Below, piece by piece: positions 34,650 to 35,976 of a DNA stretch of 35,976 bases (its first letter is position 1; every line of letters begins with the position of its first letter). The notes under the pieces were generated by a model. The model was not told the DNA's origin and searched no databases. It worked only from the letters and a program-made list of their open reading frames with translations. Source of the DNA: Anaerolineae bacterium (GTDB lineage: Bacteria > Chloroflexota > Anaerolineae > Aggregatilineales > J027); NCBI GenBank assembly GCA_012031655.1, contig JAAUUD010000003.1, forward strand, positions 1-35,976, in the 5' to 3' direction. The position numbers and the translations under genes were made by a program.

Positions 34650-35392
34650 ATGCGCGAAACAGAAGCCCTGGTGGAGCGGGTCTGGCGGTTGGCGCCCCGT
34701 GTGCAACGGATGGAAGTGGTCATCGAACCCGCTCTGGAGCAAATTGAGCCTGGACAGCGCTTGCTGGGGATGCCCCCAGCGCGCAATTGGCAGCCCTACC
34801 TGCGCGATGCCCTTTTCCGGTCAAACGGGAACAAAGTATCCTCACGCTGGAGTACCCTGGCGAGCAACGCTATAACGCCGGAGATGTGATCAGCCTGCTG
34901 GGGCCAGTAGGCAGCCCTTTGCCCTGGGTGCGCGGCGCAGGCAAGCGCTTGTTACTCATCGCGCACCAGGCCGCGCCCACGCCTTTGCTCTTTTTGGCGC
35001 AGCGTGCCGTGGAAGTTGCCGCCGAGGTGGTGCTGGTGCTGCTGGGCCCGGCCAGCGAATATCCCTTTACCGGGGTGCCTCCGGCGGTTGAGGTGCTGCA
35101 AAGCGAGCCAGACGGCACCTGGAACGACGCGACCAATGTGCTATCCTGGGCAGACCAGCTCTTTGTGGTGGCAGACGAGGCCCTGTGGCCAGAGGCCTTT
35201 AGCCAGGTCTATCACCAAATTCAGCAGCAACGCAGCACCGTTCCGGTGAACTTCGTCTTTGGGGTGTTTGACCTGCCTTTCCCGTGTGGCACTGGCGCAT
35301 GCCTGGCCTGCATGGTGCGCTGCAAAACCACCAACCGCCTGGCCTGCAAAGAAGGCCCCGCCCTTGACCTCACCGAAGTGCTGCTGGCATGA
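34650..35392 (+). CDS. PyrK-like electron-transfer subunit, divergent, frameshifted near 34815
   Basis: PGQ, GD.ISLLGPVG, C-terminal CGTGACLAC...C.EGP [2Fe-2S] motif. Confidence 0.8.
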
Positions 35393-35976
35393 TCGAACTC
35401 ACACATTCCCCCAAAAACGCGTTGTTAGTAGCCCACCCTGTGCTCATTGGAGCGGGTTTTGTGGGTTGGGATGGCTCTGCTTATCGGCGCCTGTTGCCGC
35501 TGGATCAGTTCGGCGCGCTCATCACGCCGCCGCTCTCGCTGACGCCGCGTCAACCAGCCTCCGGGGTGCGCGTGGTCCCTACTCCCGTCGGATTTTGCTG
35601 CACACCGGGTTGCCGAACCCTGGTGTGCAACGGGCGCTGCGCGAAAACGATGATAAGTGGAAGAAAAGCCCTATCCCAGTAGTGGTGCACCTGGTTGCAG
35701 AGTCAGCGGAACGGGTGGCCCAGGCGGTTCAGGTTCTGGACCGTAGCCCCAATTTAACCGGGATCGAGCTGGGGCTGCATGATGAAGTGGAGCTACAGGA
35801 GGTGCACCGCCTCATCGGGGCTGTAGCGCGCCAATTCGGACCTGCCCGTTCTGGTCAAGGTGCCCTTATATCGGGCGACATTCACAAGGTGCTCTAGATT
35901 TACTAGCTGCCCTATGTTGGCCACTGCGGCTCGTGGCATTCGCCCCTAGTGTTACCACCCACCGCGACAAGGATGC
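35389..35976 (+). CDS. Dihydroorotate dehydrogenase family 1-like protein, divergent, frameshifted (about 35595, 35830); 3' end unresolved at the window edge
   Basis: HPVLIGAG, FGALIT, GLPNPG, PVVVHL, GIELG, LPVLVKVP across three frames; ATGA overlap with the pyrK-like gene. Confidence 0.7.

Noticed and set aside
35885-35976. Novel element at the window end
   Set aside because: PyrD-like similarity and codon pattern degrade here; more likely a low-quality or chimeric contig end that cannot be interpreted.

Overview
GC-rich core-genome window. The 16S sequence and the gene families suggest a Chloroflexota bacterium, probably Anaerolineae. It contains a surface-glycan cluster (GT2, WecA/MraY-family transferase, epimerase, GT4, flippase), prmC, tRNA-Arg(ACG), a G1P-dehydrogenase-like gene, rnhB, an RluA synthase and an M20 peptidase. 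These are followed by a Suv3-type helicase with a long HTH-like N-terminus, dnaX-ybaB-holin-like-recR and a complete rrn operon (16S, tRNA-Ile, tRNA-Ala, 23S, 5S). The right end holds HAD, TusA-like, lipoprotein and DMT genes, a partner-switching module (sensor-GAF-PP2C-HATPase fusion plus STAS), a LysM/lamin-tail protein and a degenerate pyrK-pyrD-like pair. More than 15 single-base frameshifts, mostly in homopolymers, look like long-read errors rather than pseudogenes. I saw no mobile element or CRISPR array. The most unusual signal is the non-coding architecture of the rrn operon: two tandem promoters each followed by a copy of the same structured motif, a near-consensus promoter inside the ITS ahead of 23S, and in both the 16S and 23S leaders a terminator-like hairpin whose 5' arm is overlapped by an upstream competing helix, just before the boxA-like/processing stem. 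All structures were paired by eye, not computed.
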